From a virus (taxonomy: Duplodnaviria; Caudoviricetes), in the IMG/VR virus record IMGVR_UViG_3300012527_000002, positions 1 to 59,728 of that record: a DNA stretch of 59,728 nt; one strand, given 5' to 3'. The position numbers were made by a program, and so were the translations under genes. Shown piece after piece: positions 6,745-14,410 of this stretch. Below the pieces are notes generated by a model. It did not search any database, had not been told where the DNA came from, and worked only from the letters and a program-made list of their open reading frames with translations. Position 1 is the stretch's first letter. Each line of letters starts with the position of its first letter.

Positions 6745-9700
6745 ATGAACGCATTTTCCAACATCGTCGCCGCGTCGTATCTGTCGCTCACTGTCGACCG
6801 CAAGTCGCTCGCCAACGCGCTTGGCGCAATGAGGGCAACCGGCGCTGGCATTATCGAAAAGCGCAACACGATTCCCATTCTCGGATGCGTGCTGCTCGAT
6901 ATGACGCCCGACTGCCTCACGGTGCGCGGGACGGACCTCGATTGCATGCTTTCGGTTCAACTGCCGGCTGCGGGCGACCGCGGGCAACTGGCGGTCGATT
7001 TCTTCGCGCTGGAAAAAGCGGTCAAGGGCGGCACGGGTGAACACGTGCGTATCTTCGACAACGGGGCGGGGCGCGCTATCCTGACAACCGACGCGGGCAC
7101 CACGAGCCTGCCGGCGCTGCCGGCCGCAGATTTCCCGATGCAAACTTTTCTGACATTCGACCGCTCGCTGCTTTTCACGGTCGACGCGGAAACCCTGCGG
7201 CATGATCTGGACCGGGTTGCGCCGTGCATCTCGACCGAGGAAACCCGCTATTATCTCAACGGCGTGTTCTTTCATGCGACGCGGATTGCCCCGCCACAGC
7301 CGCGCACGGCGGAACATGAGGCGGCGGATAATGAGCGGCGCGATCTCGCCGACGCGCAATATGAAAGCCAGCGGCGTGCCCGGCTGCTGGCCGGCGTCGA
7401 CAACGGCGCTGTGCCGGAAGGCGAGCCGGACGATGCCGAAACGGTGGCGGCGCGGCGGGCGCGGATCGATGAATTGGACGCGCTCATTGCGGCATGGGAC
7501 GCGGTGCGCTGTGTGCCCGACAAGCTGTGCATGGCCGCGACTGACGGGCACCGGCTTGGCCGGATTGCCCGCGACGTGCCCGATGGCATGCCCGCCGCGC
7601 TCCCCGATACTATCGTGCCGCGCAAGGCAATCGAGTGGCTGCGCCGCAAGGGCCTGAAAAGCGCTGGCGCGACGGGCACGGCCAGGATCGGGTTCGACAA
7701 GGGCTCGCGCTTTGCCTGCATCGTGGGGCGGATGGAATTCGTTACCAAAGCAATCGACGGCAGCTTTCCCGATTACAGCCGCGTCATTCCGCACGGCGTT
7801 TCCAAGCGCGTCATTACGGTGGGCGCGGAGGCGCTGGCCGACGCGGCGAAAAGCGTTTCGGCGCACATGAGCGGCAGGACTCGCTCATTCCTGCTGTCCG
7901 CTGGCAATGGATGGGGCACGGCCTATGGCCAATGCCCGGACAACGGCGTCGCGACGGCGGTGATCGACGGCGCGACGTTCAAGGCGGAGGCCAGCTTCGG
8001 CGATGACTACTGCGCCGGCTTCAATGCCAAATATGTTCGCGATCTCATGGGCTCTTTCGCCGGCGAGACGGTGACAATCGGAATGGAGGATTGCGCCGCG
8101 CCGGCACGGATCGAGGGCGATGCTTCGCCCGAATTTCTCGCGGTGCTTATGCCCATGCGCGTCGACATCGGCACCGGCGGGCCGTTCACGCCCGATTGTA
8201 TCCGCAAGATGACGCGCACCCCGCTCGACATTTTCCACGAAGACATGCCGGGCAAGCTGGAGGGCATCGCCAAGGCGGCTATTGTCATGGCCAACCGCGC
8301 CGTGTTCTCGAAAGCGGATGCGGCCAAGGGCATCGGCAGGCTGCGCGCGGAAGCTGGCGCGATGGTGACAGCGGCGATCGACTTTCGGGCGACGCGCGAG
8401 GGGAGGGGCCGCTTCGAGGCGCGCGATTGGTTTCTGCGCCTGCTCGCCACAATGAAGGGCGAGCGCCCGCGCGATGCAATCGAGCGTGCACGCCTCGCCA
8501 GGGTGAGGGCGAACGTGAGAGCGGCGGCGATGGGCCAGCCGGTCGACGTCCAGCCGGTCGACGTTCAAGCGGCCGAATTGCAGGCGGCCGAATCCTACGG
8601 CCCGCCCGCTCCGTTCGCCGACGTCGAATTCAAGAACGCGCCCGCCGCGCCGGCGGAACCTGCCGCCCCGCGCCAGCCGGACGCGCCGGCGGAAGACTCG
8701 CCCGACGCGCCGGAACAGGCGGACGAACCATCGGCGGCGGCGGTCGCGGCGGACATCCGCGCTCGCCAGCCGATGTTCGCGACGCTCCAAGCGTTCAAGG
8801 CGGCCGCTGGCCAGGGCTCGCGCTGGATCATCGACAACTACGCTCCCGACTCTGGTTGGGGCGGGGCGCGCGTTCGCACGGTGGCGACGGTGCGAGCTCG
8901 CGACGTCGGTTTCCTTGGCGAGAATGCCACGCTGGCCGAATGCCAGGCGGCGGACGTGCGCGGCTTTCGCGAGCGCTCGTGGATCGGGTTTCCCAAGCAG
9001 CCCGATTGGACATCGGATCCCGAAGGGCTGGTGATCTACTATCCGGCATGCTCGCAAAGCGGGCGGGCGGCGAAGGAAATCCCGTGCATCCGCCTGCGCC
9101 CCGCGCCGGCAGTCGAGGCGGTCGTCGTGCCTGTGGTCGACGCTGCGATCGAGGCGGTGCCAGCCGGTCAAGCTGGTGACATGCCTACCGGCGCAGCCAC
9201 GCATGTTGGCGAGATTGCCGAGCTTCGCGCGCTGGTGATCGATCTGGCGGCCAAAGTCGCGGCGATGGAAGCCGCTGGGAAGCCGCTGGAAGCCGCCGGC
9301 GACTCTCCGGCCCCGGACGTAGGGGTCGAGGCGTCCGAAACGCCTGTGCGCCGCTCCCAGGCGCACGAGCGCGCTATCCGGCGCGCATGGACCTATCGCA
9401 ACCGCATTCGCGCCTATCGGAGCGAACAGGAAAACGCGCGGGTGCACATGGGCAACGTCGTCAAGCGGACGGTGCGGGCCGAGGCCGAGACGGTCGAGGC
9501 CGAGCGCCAGCGCGACCTAGCGATCGACGAAGCCAAGAACGCCCGCGAATTGCTCGCCAGCGTGAGCGAAACCAAGGCCGAGATGGGCCGGGCTGCGCGC
9601 ATCGGAATCGTTCGCGCCCGCCGCATGTCCGCCGTGCTCGCCGGCAGGAAGCGTCAGATTGCCGCGCTGGGCCGCGACCTGCTGACGGCCCGCAACCGGA

Positions 9701-9858
9701 CGGCGGACATGCGCGCCGCCGGCGGAACGCCGCGCGCGCTCGAAAGCGTGCCGGCAATCCCCGCGCCCGACGTCGGCCAGGTCCGGTCGATCCATCGCCA
9801 CGCGCCGGCCAAAGCGCCCGTGCTTCAGCGCCGGGGCAACCGCTACGTCGCGGTCTGA
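6745..9858 (+). CDS. dnaN: DNA polymerase III beta-clamp domain fused to a ~560-aa multidomain extension
   Basis: IEKRNTIPIL, TDLD, STEETRYYLNGV, ATDGHRL, IVPRK, DGSFPDY, GFNAKY, LMPMR; clamp part ends about 8163. Confidence 0.88.
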   Translation: MNAFSNIVAASYLSLTVDRKSLANALGAMRATGAGIIEKRNTIPILGCVLLDMTPDCLTVRGTDLDCMLSVQLPAAGDRGQLAVDFFALEKAVKGGTGEHVRIFDNGAGRAILTTDAGTTSLPALPAADFPMQTFLTFDRSLLFTVDAETLRHDLDRVAPCISTEETRYYLNGVFFHATRIAPPQPRTAEHEAADNERRDLADAQYESQRRARLLAGVDNGAVPEGEPDDAETVAARRARIDELDALIAAWDAVRCVPDKLCMAATDGHRLGRIARDVPDGMPAALPDTIVPRKAIEWLRRKGLKSAGATGTARIGFDKGSRFACIVGRMEFVTKAIDGSFPDYSRVIPHGVSKRVITVGAEALADAAKSVSAHMSGRTRSFLLSAGNGWGTAYGQCPDNGVATAVIDGATFKAEASFGDDYCAGFNAKYVRDLMGSFAGETVTIGMEDCAAPARIEGDASPEFLAVLMPMRVDIGTGGPFTPDCIRKMTRTPLDIFHEDMPGKLEGIAKAAIVMANRAVFSKADAAKGIGRLRAEAGAMVTAAIDFRATREGRGRFEARDWFLRLLATMKGERPRDAIERARLARVRANVRAAAMGQPVDVQPVDVQAAELQAAESYGPPAPFADVEFKNAPAAPAEPAAPRQPDAPAEDSPDAPEQADEPSAAAVAADIRARQPMFATLQAFKAAAGQGSRWIIDNYAPDSGWGGARVRTVATVRARDVGFLGENATLAECQAADVRGFRERSWIGFPKQPDWTSDPEGLVIYYPACSQSGRAAKEIPCIRLRPAPAVEAVVVPVVDAAIEAVPAGQAGDMPTGAATHVGEIAELRALVIDLAAKVAAMEAAGKPLEAAGDSPAPDVGVEASETPVRRSQAHERAIRRAWTYRNRIRAYRSEQENARVHMGNVVKRTVRAEAETVEAERQRDLAIDEAKNARELLASVSETKAEMGRAARIGIVRARRMSAVLAGRKRQIAALGRDLLTARNRTADMRAAGGTPRALESVPAIPAPDVGQVRSIHRHAPAKAPVLQRRGNRYVAV

Positions 9859-9910
9859 CAATCCGAGGGGCGCGCCAGCCCGGCGCGCCCCACAATCGAA
9901 AGGGAAACCG

Positions 9911-10072
9911 ATGAAGCTATATCTTGTGAAGGGCTCACACCCCACCGTGCCCGGCCAGCCGCAAACGGCGACGTTCGACCGGGCCGCTGCCGAAGCGATC
10001 GCAGCCGATCTTGTCGCCACGCTGGCGCGGGAATTCCAGATCGTTGTCACACCTATCGAGAAGGAGGGCTGA
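9911..10072 (+). CDS. Small hypothetical protein (53 aa)
   Basis: RBS AAAGGGA; follows GC hairpin 9867-9891. Confidence 0.55.
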   Translation: MKLYLVKGSHPTVPGQPQTATFDRAAAEAIAADLVATLAREFQIVVTPIEKEG

Positions 10073-10076
10073 TCCG

Positions 10077-10610
10077 ATGACCTACATGGCACCCGACGGC
10101 ACCCCTATCCAGGGCGAACACAACACCGATTTCTGCGCCTTTCCGGTCTCGTGGAGGGACGGCGCGGGCGTCGACGAGCCCTACTATTCCGATGCACCCG
10201 ACGTCGAATGGGGTGGCACGGTCTATGATAACTGCGTGGTCTGGCTCGACGAGGATTTCGGCGAATGGCTGGCGCACCATCTGATCCCCCAAGGGAATGC
10301 CACGGTGGGCGACGCGGGAATTGCGGCGGCGGAATACGAGACCGGATGCCGCAAGCGCGTCTGGCTCTTAAGGCAGGTTGCCGACACGCTGGAACCGGAC
10401 GAGCCGATGCGGGCTATTGTCGAGCAGATCGTCGAATACCAGCACGCGGCGGCGGCCGGCTTTCGCCTGCAATTCGAAGAGGCGAAGCTGGAGTCGGTCG
10501 GCCCGGCGGATCACGCCGCATTCCCGGTCGAAGATTGGCAATACGAGGTCGCCAACGGCGATACGACGCGCGGGTATGAAGATTGGCTCGAGGCGAAGCG
10601 CGATGCCTGA
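10077..10610 (+). CDS. Hypothetical protein with C-terminal FPVEDWQYEVANGDT motif
   Basis: RBS AGGAGG; operon packing. Confidence 0.65.
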   Translation: MTYMAPDGTPIQGEHNTDFCAFPVSWRDGAGVDEPYYSDAPDVEWGGTVYDNCVVWLDEDFGEWLAHHLIPQGNATVGDAGIAAAEYETGCRKRVWLLRQVADTLEPDEPMRAIVEQIVEYQHAAAAGFRLQFEEAKLESVGPADHAAFPVEDWQYEVANGDTTRGYEDWLEAKRDA

Positions 10611-10797
10611 ATTCTCGCTCCACGCCCGCTATTGCACTCCAACCGGCCGGACGGCGACGCGCGACGCGCTGCGCCAAGCGGTCGACATGGACGCCGCCCT
10701 GCGCGCCTTCACCGAAGAATTGGCGCAGCGGGGCAACAGGAAGATCGACATCCAGGCTTGGCCTGCGAACACTTGGAAGGAATTGAACCATGCCTAG
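10603..10797 (+). CDS. Small hypothetical protein
   Basis: Overlapping start and stop with neighbours. Confidence 0.55.
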   Translation: MPEFSLHARYCTPTGRTATRDALRQAVDMDAALRAFTEELAQRGNRKIDIQAWPANTWKELNHA

Positions 10798-11425
10798 CAT
10801 CCCCACCAGCCGAACGGCGCTCTTGGCGTGCGGGGCGACCTGCGTCGCGGAAGTCACCAGCCGGCCCGACGACGACGACTATTGGCAGGCAACCGCCGCC
10901 TATACGGCCCTGTCCCTGTGGTGGATCGACGACGAAAGCCGGCCGTGGTTCGCCGTGGTCGAGGGTCTGATCGGGCCGGCCGCGACGCCCGATATGGTCG
11001 ATCGCTTCCGGGCGGTCGCCTACGGCACCATGGCCCGCGCGCTCAATTCGTTCGATCCGTCGAACCTGCGCGACGATCTGGTCGACGCCATCCCCGGCGA
11101 TGCCGCGGACGTCTATCCGGACTCCAACGCAATCCGCGCGCAGCGGGCGCGAGGGCGGCGAGGCTACCAGGGTGCGGACGAGAACATGGAGCAGGCCGTT
11201 GGCTGGCTCTATGACGAGGGCGGCGAAGACATGCTGCCGACGCACTTGGCGCGGAGCTTGGAAGCCGACTTTGGCGTGCCTTTCCGAACGGGCTACAATG
11301 CCGTGGCGGGCGGCGCGCTCACCGGCTGGCCCAAGGCGTTCATCGGCGCGCTGCGCTATTTCGATCGAGGCGCGTGGCGGCAGTCGCGGCGCGAAGCCGA
11401 GAAGGAGCAGTCCGATGCAGTTTAG
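10790..11425 (+). CDS. Hypothetical protein
   Basis: RBS AAGGAA; 211 aa. Confidence 0.65.
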   Translation: MPSIPTSRTALLACGATCVAEVTSRPDDDDYWQATAAYTALSLWWIDDESRPWFAVVEGLIGPAATPDMVDRFRAVAYGTMARALNSFDPSNLRDDLVDAIPGDAADVYPDSNAIRAQRARGRRGYQGADENMEQAVGWLYDEGGEDMLPTHLARSLEADFGVPFRTGYNAVAGGALTGWPKAFIGALRYFDRGAWRQSRREAEKEQSDAV

Positions 11426-12365
11426 CGAGATCGCGCGCCGCGTCATGGCGAAAGCCGGCAAGGCGCTGGCGCTGGACGAGCGCGGCACGCGCGGCCCCCA
11501 GCCGGTCGAGATGATCCCCGGCATGACGGCGGCGGCGGAACCGTGCTGTCTGGCCGGCGCGCATTGGGCCGAGGCGCTGCACCCGGCGCACGCCCTGGCG
11601 CAGCCGAAGATCGACGGCATTCGGGCGCTGGCGTTGCAGACGCGGATCGTCACCCGGCAGGCGTTGCCGCTCGATGCCGCGCTGCATTGCCTGCCGGCGC
11701 TCGACCGGCTGGAAAAGCGGTTCGGCGAGGCGATGGTGTTCGACGGCGAATATCAGGAACCAGAAGGGTTTGCGGCGACGCTGGCCGCGCACAAGCGCGG
11801 GATGGGCGCGGGCGTGTTCTGGTTGTTCGATGCGGTGCCCTATGCCGAGTGGCGCGCGAACGCCTTCACGATGCCGCTGCAAGGCCGGCTGGCGCGCATT
11901 GCGGACCTGGCGGGGCACGATGAGCCGTTCCTGTGCTTCATGCCCGCGCTGGCCTGTCCTACGCCCGCCGACGCACGGGCGCTGGCGAGTGCGGCATGGG
12001 CGGCCGGCGGGGAGGGCGTCGTGGTCAAGGCCGGCCGGGGCAAATATGTCCGGGGCCGGTCGACCGACTGGCTGAAGCTGAAGCGCGCGGCGACGCTCGA
12101 CGGACCGGTGGTCGACGTGGTGATCCCCGGCGGGGACATCGAGCGAGGCGTCGCCCTGGTTCGGCTCGGCGGCAAGGTTCACAAGGTCGCGGCGATGCCA
12201 GCCGTCATTCGGGAAATGCTGGCCGGCGACAAGCGCGACGGCGACTGCGGCGCGCTCACCGGGCGCATGGTCGAAGTGGAATTCATGGAACGAACGGAAA
12301 GCGGGGCTCTGCGCGGCGCGCGGATCGTCCGACTGCGGCCCGACAAGGAAAAGGGAGAAAGTTGA
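11415..12365 (+). CDS. ATP-dependent DNA ligase
   Basis: PKIDGIR (I), FDGE (III), FWLFD (IIIa), EGVVVK (IV), WLKLK (V), LRGARIVRLRPDK (VI). Confidence 0.9.
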   Translation: MQFSEIARRVMAKAGKALALDERGTRGPQPVEMIPGMTAAAEPCCLAGAHWAEALHPAHALAQPKIDGIRALALQTRIVTRQALPLDAALHCLPALDRLEKRFGEAMVFDGEYQEPEGFAATLAAHKRGMGAGVFWLFDAVPYAEWRANAFTMPLQGRLARIADLAGHDEPFLCFMPALACPTPADARALASAAWAAGGEGVVVKAGRGKYVRGRSTDWLKLKRAATLDGPVVDVVIPGGDIERGVALVRLGGKVHKVAAMPAVIREMLAGDKRDGDCGALTGRMVEVEFMERTESGALRGARIVRLRPDKEKGES

Positions 12366-12496
12366 TGCGCGACCTGAAGAAAATTATCGACCAAGCGTTC
12401 GTCATCATGATCCTGGGGTTCACCCTGGTCCTGCTGTTCGCCGCGCCGATCCTCCACGGGTTCGTGGACCTGTGCCGGGCGCTCGGCGCTAACTGA
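12365..12496 (+). CDS. Small membrane protein
   Basis: TGATG coupling; single TM. Confidence 0.55.
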   Translation: MRDLKKIIDQAFVIMILGFTLVLLFAAPILHGFVDLCRALGAN

Positions 12497-13248
12497 TGAT
12501 CCTGCTCGATCGCCTCTCCCAAGGGCACGAGACCTGGCGCGCGAGCGCAAAGGTCGTGAACGAGCGCGGCATCGTGCTCCGCGTGCATCAGGACGTCGTG
12601 GACCTGGCTATGGAATTGGCCGTGCGCGACCGCGACAAGCTGCTCCAATCGGCGGGCGTGCTGTTCATGCCGGCCGAGATATGCTGGTTCGAATGGCCGT
12701 TCGGCGAGGGCGACGTGGGGGTGTTTTACGTCGGCGAGGATGTCCGCAAGGGCGGTGGCATGTTTACGATGTGGCGATACGCTGAAGACGAGCCGATGGG
12801 CTGGCCGATGAAACTGGATCTCGGCCGCGCCAAGCTGGATCTGGATATGAGCGCCAAAGGCATCGAGAACCCGCTGCTCGCGGCCAAGACATTCGAGGAC
12901 GTGCGGCCGATCGTGCTCGCGTTCCTGGCGCTCATCAATTCTCCCAAGATCGTCAAGCGCATTCCCGCCAAGCTGGAGCGGTTGAACCGCAAGCGGCGCA
13001 GCGCCGGACGCTATACCTATCATCCCCACCACACGGTCCGGCTCAATGTCGATCGCAAGTCCTTCACCGTGCAGGAGGGAAGCGGCGGCGACGGCGCGAA
13101 GCGCGCGCTGCATTTCGTGCGGGCGCATTTGCGGCTGTGGCGGGGCATCTATATTCTCGTCCGGCCCCACTGGCGCGGCGATCCCGCCGTCGGCATCCGG
13201 AACACGTCATACGAGATCGACCGCCAGCGCTCGCGCTGGGCAAACTGA
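12496..13248 (+). CDS. Hypothetical phage protein with HxVRxHxR...PHWRG motif
   Basis: 250 aa; His/Arg-rich C-terminus. Confidence 0.7.
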   Translation: MILLDRLSQGHETWRASAKVVNERGIVLRVHQDVVDLAMELAVRDRDKLLQSAGVLFMPAEICWFEWPFGEGDVGVFYVGEDVRKGGGMFTMWRYAEDEPMGWPMKLDLGRAKLDLDMSAKGIENPLLAAKTFEDVRPIVLAFLALINSPKIVKRIPAKLERLNRKRRSAGRYTYHPHHTVRLNVDRKSFTVQEGSGGDGAKRALHFVRAHLRLWRGIYILVRPHWRGDPAVGIRNTSYEIDRQRSRWAN

Positions 13249-13263
13249 AGGGAGAAAGCAGCT

Positions 13264-13440
13264 ATGGGAATTTCGCGTTTCGTTTCGCGCTGGGCGCGAA
13301 GGAGTCGGCGGGAATCTGGTCTCAAGCCGGACTTCGACGACTATTGGGACAACCGGCGCGCACGGGTGCGGCGGCGAGCGATGCCGTGGGCAATCCTGGC
13401 CGCGGTTTCGCTGATCGCACTGGTCTGGCAGATCTGGTGA
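13264..13440 (+). CDS. Small basic protein with C-terminal TM
   Basis: RBS GGGAGA; 58 aa. Confidence 0.5.
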   Translation: MGISRFVSRWARRSRRESGLKPDFDDYWDNRRARVRRRAMPWAILAAVSLIALVWQIW

Positions 13441-13808
13441 GCGGGCGGCCGCCCCGGAACGACGTGCCGTGCGGAGCATGCCGGCAATGTTGCTTCCACG
13501 AGCACGTCTTCCTGCATCCGGAGCGCGGCGACGATCCCGATGCCTATCGCACGAAAGAGACGTTCGACCCGACCGTCAACATGGTCCGGCTCGAGCTCGT
13601 GAAGCGCGCCGACGGATCGTGCACCTATCTCGGGCCGCGCGGCTGCACGATCCATGAGCGGGCGCCGTCGACGTGCCGCAAGTTCGATTGCAAGGCGCTC
13701 TATGTCCGGCTGGCGGCGCTGTTGCCGGAGGGTCAGATGGACAAATTGCTGCCGCGGATGCCCGTGCTGGCGATTGGGGCGCGGCGGGCGCGGGGTGAGC
13801 GGCCCTGA
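13437..13808 (+). CDS. YkgJ/CxxCxxCC Fe-S or Zn-cluster protein
   Basis: CGACRQCC...CTYL...CTIHERAPSTCRKFDC. Confidence 0.8.
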   Translation: MSGRPPRNDVPCGACRQCCFHEHVFLHPERGDDPDAYRTKETFDPTVNMVRLELVKRADGSCTYLGPRGCTIHERAPSTCRKFDCKALYVRLAALLPEGQMDKLLPRMPVLAIGARRARGERP

Positions 13809-13847
13809 CGGGTTGCGCCGGCGGGTTCGTAATGGCATAGGAAACGC

Positions 13848-13921
13848 GCTCGACGATCGGTTGGTGGTCAACAGGTTCAAAACGAGCAGGGGGCGGCGGG
13901 CGAAAGTTCGTCGCCCCTTTT
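13848..13921 (+). ncRNA. Putative small RNA ending in an intrinsic terminator
   Basis: TTGCGC-N17-CATAGG at 13813-13841; GCTCG/CGAGC stem; terminator downstream. Confidence 0.35.
13888..13921 (+). terminator. Rho-independent terminator of the early region
   Basis: GGGGCGGCGGGC-GAAA-GTTCGTCGCCCC-TTTT. Confidence 0.8.
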
Positions 13922-13928
13922 CGTTGTG

Positions 13929-14010
13929 AAAAGGCCCGGCCAGACTGGACATCTGACCGGGCGTCAAGGTGTGGGGTCGCTCCGGCGGGAGAGGAATGGA
14001 TCCCACCGGA
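13929..14010 (-). ncRNA. Putative sRNA with anti-Shine-Dalgarno loop
   Basis: TTGCGG-N17-CACTCT (14044-14016); hairpin loop UCCAUUCCUC; terminator GCCCGGTCAGA/TCTGGCCGGGC-CTTTT. Confidence 0.5.
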
Positions 14011-14053
14011 AGGAGAGAGTGCGCGCGCGCTGGCGATTCCGCAAGGGCCAGCT

Positions 14054-14383
14054 TCAGGCCAGTTGGCGCACGATCTGGAACGCGAACGTGTCCGTCGTGT
14101 AGATGATGCCGCCGATCGTGAAGCTGATCTCCGCGTTGTAGAGACCAGGTGCGAGCACGGCGATGCCGGCGACATTGGGGAAAGCAACCCAGCCGTTTTC
14201 GCCCTCCATGGCGACAGGCGCGCCGACAGATTGGGCGACAACTACGGCGTCGACATCGCGTCGCGCGACACTGGCCAGCGACAGCGTGACCGGGTCGGCC
14301 GTGCTGACGTCGACGATGCCGGCCTGGTCGGTGATCTGCGCGCGCACCGGGTAGGTGTCGCCCTGCTTGCGGGAATAGCTCAC
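14054..14383 (-). CDS. BppU-like Ig-fold fibre adaptor
   Basis: RKQGDTYP start motif, beta-rich; RBS AAAGGAGG before GTG. Confidence 0.6.
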   Translation of the reverse strand: MSYSRKQGDTYPVRAQITDQAGIVDVSTADPVTLSLASVARRDVDAVVVAQSVGAPVAMEGENGWVAFPNVAGIAVLAPGLYNAEISFTIGGIIYTTDTFAFQIVRQLA

Positions 14384-14410
14384 GCTCGCGCCTCCTTTCG
14401 TCATGCGGGC

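Noticed and set aside
7885-9447. Long antisense ORFs (also 22933-24975, 27957-29546, 31122-32804, 34755-36272, 40858-42723, 43013-44776)
   Set aside because: Shadow frames opposite well-supported genes in high-GC DNA; no motifs
12494-12500. Other CTGANGA hammerhead-like cores (also about 1112, 51373, 58514)
   Set aside because: Within coding sequence or TGATG junctions, with no matching GAAA and stems
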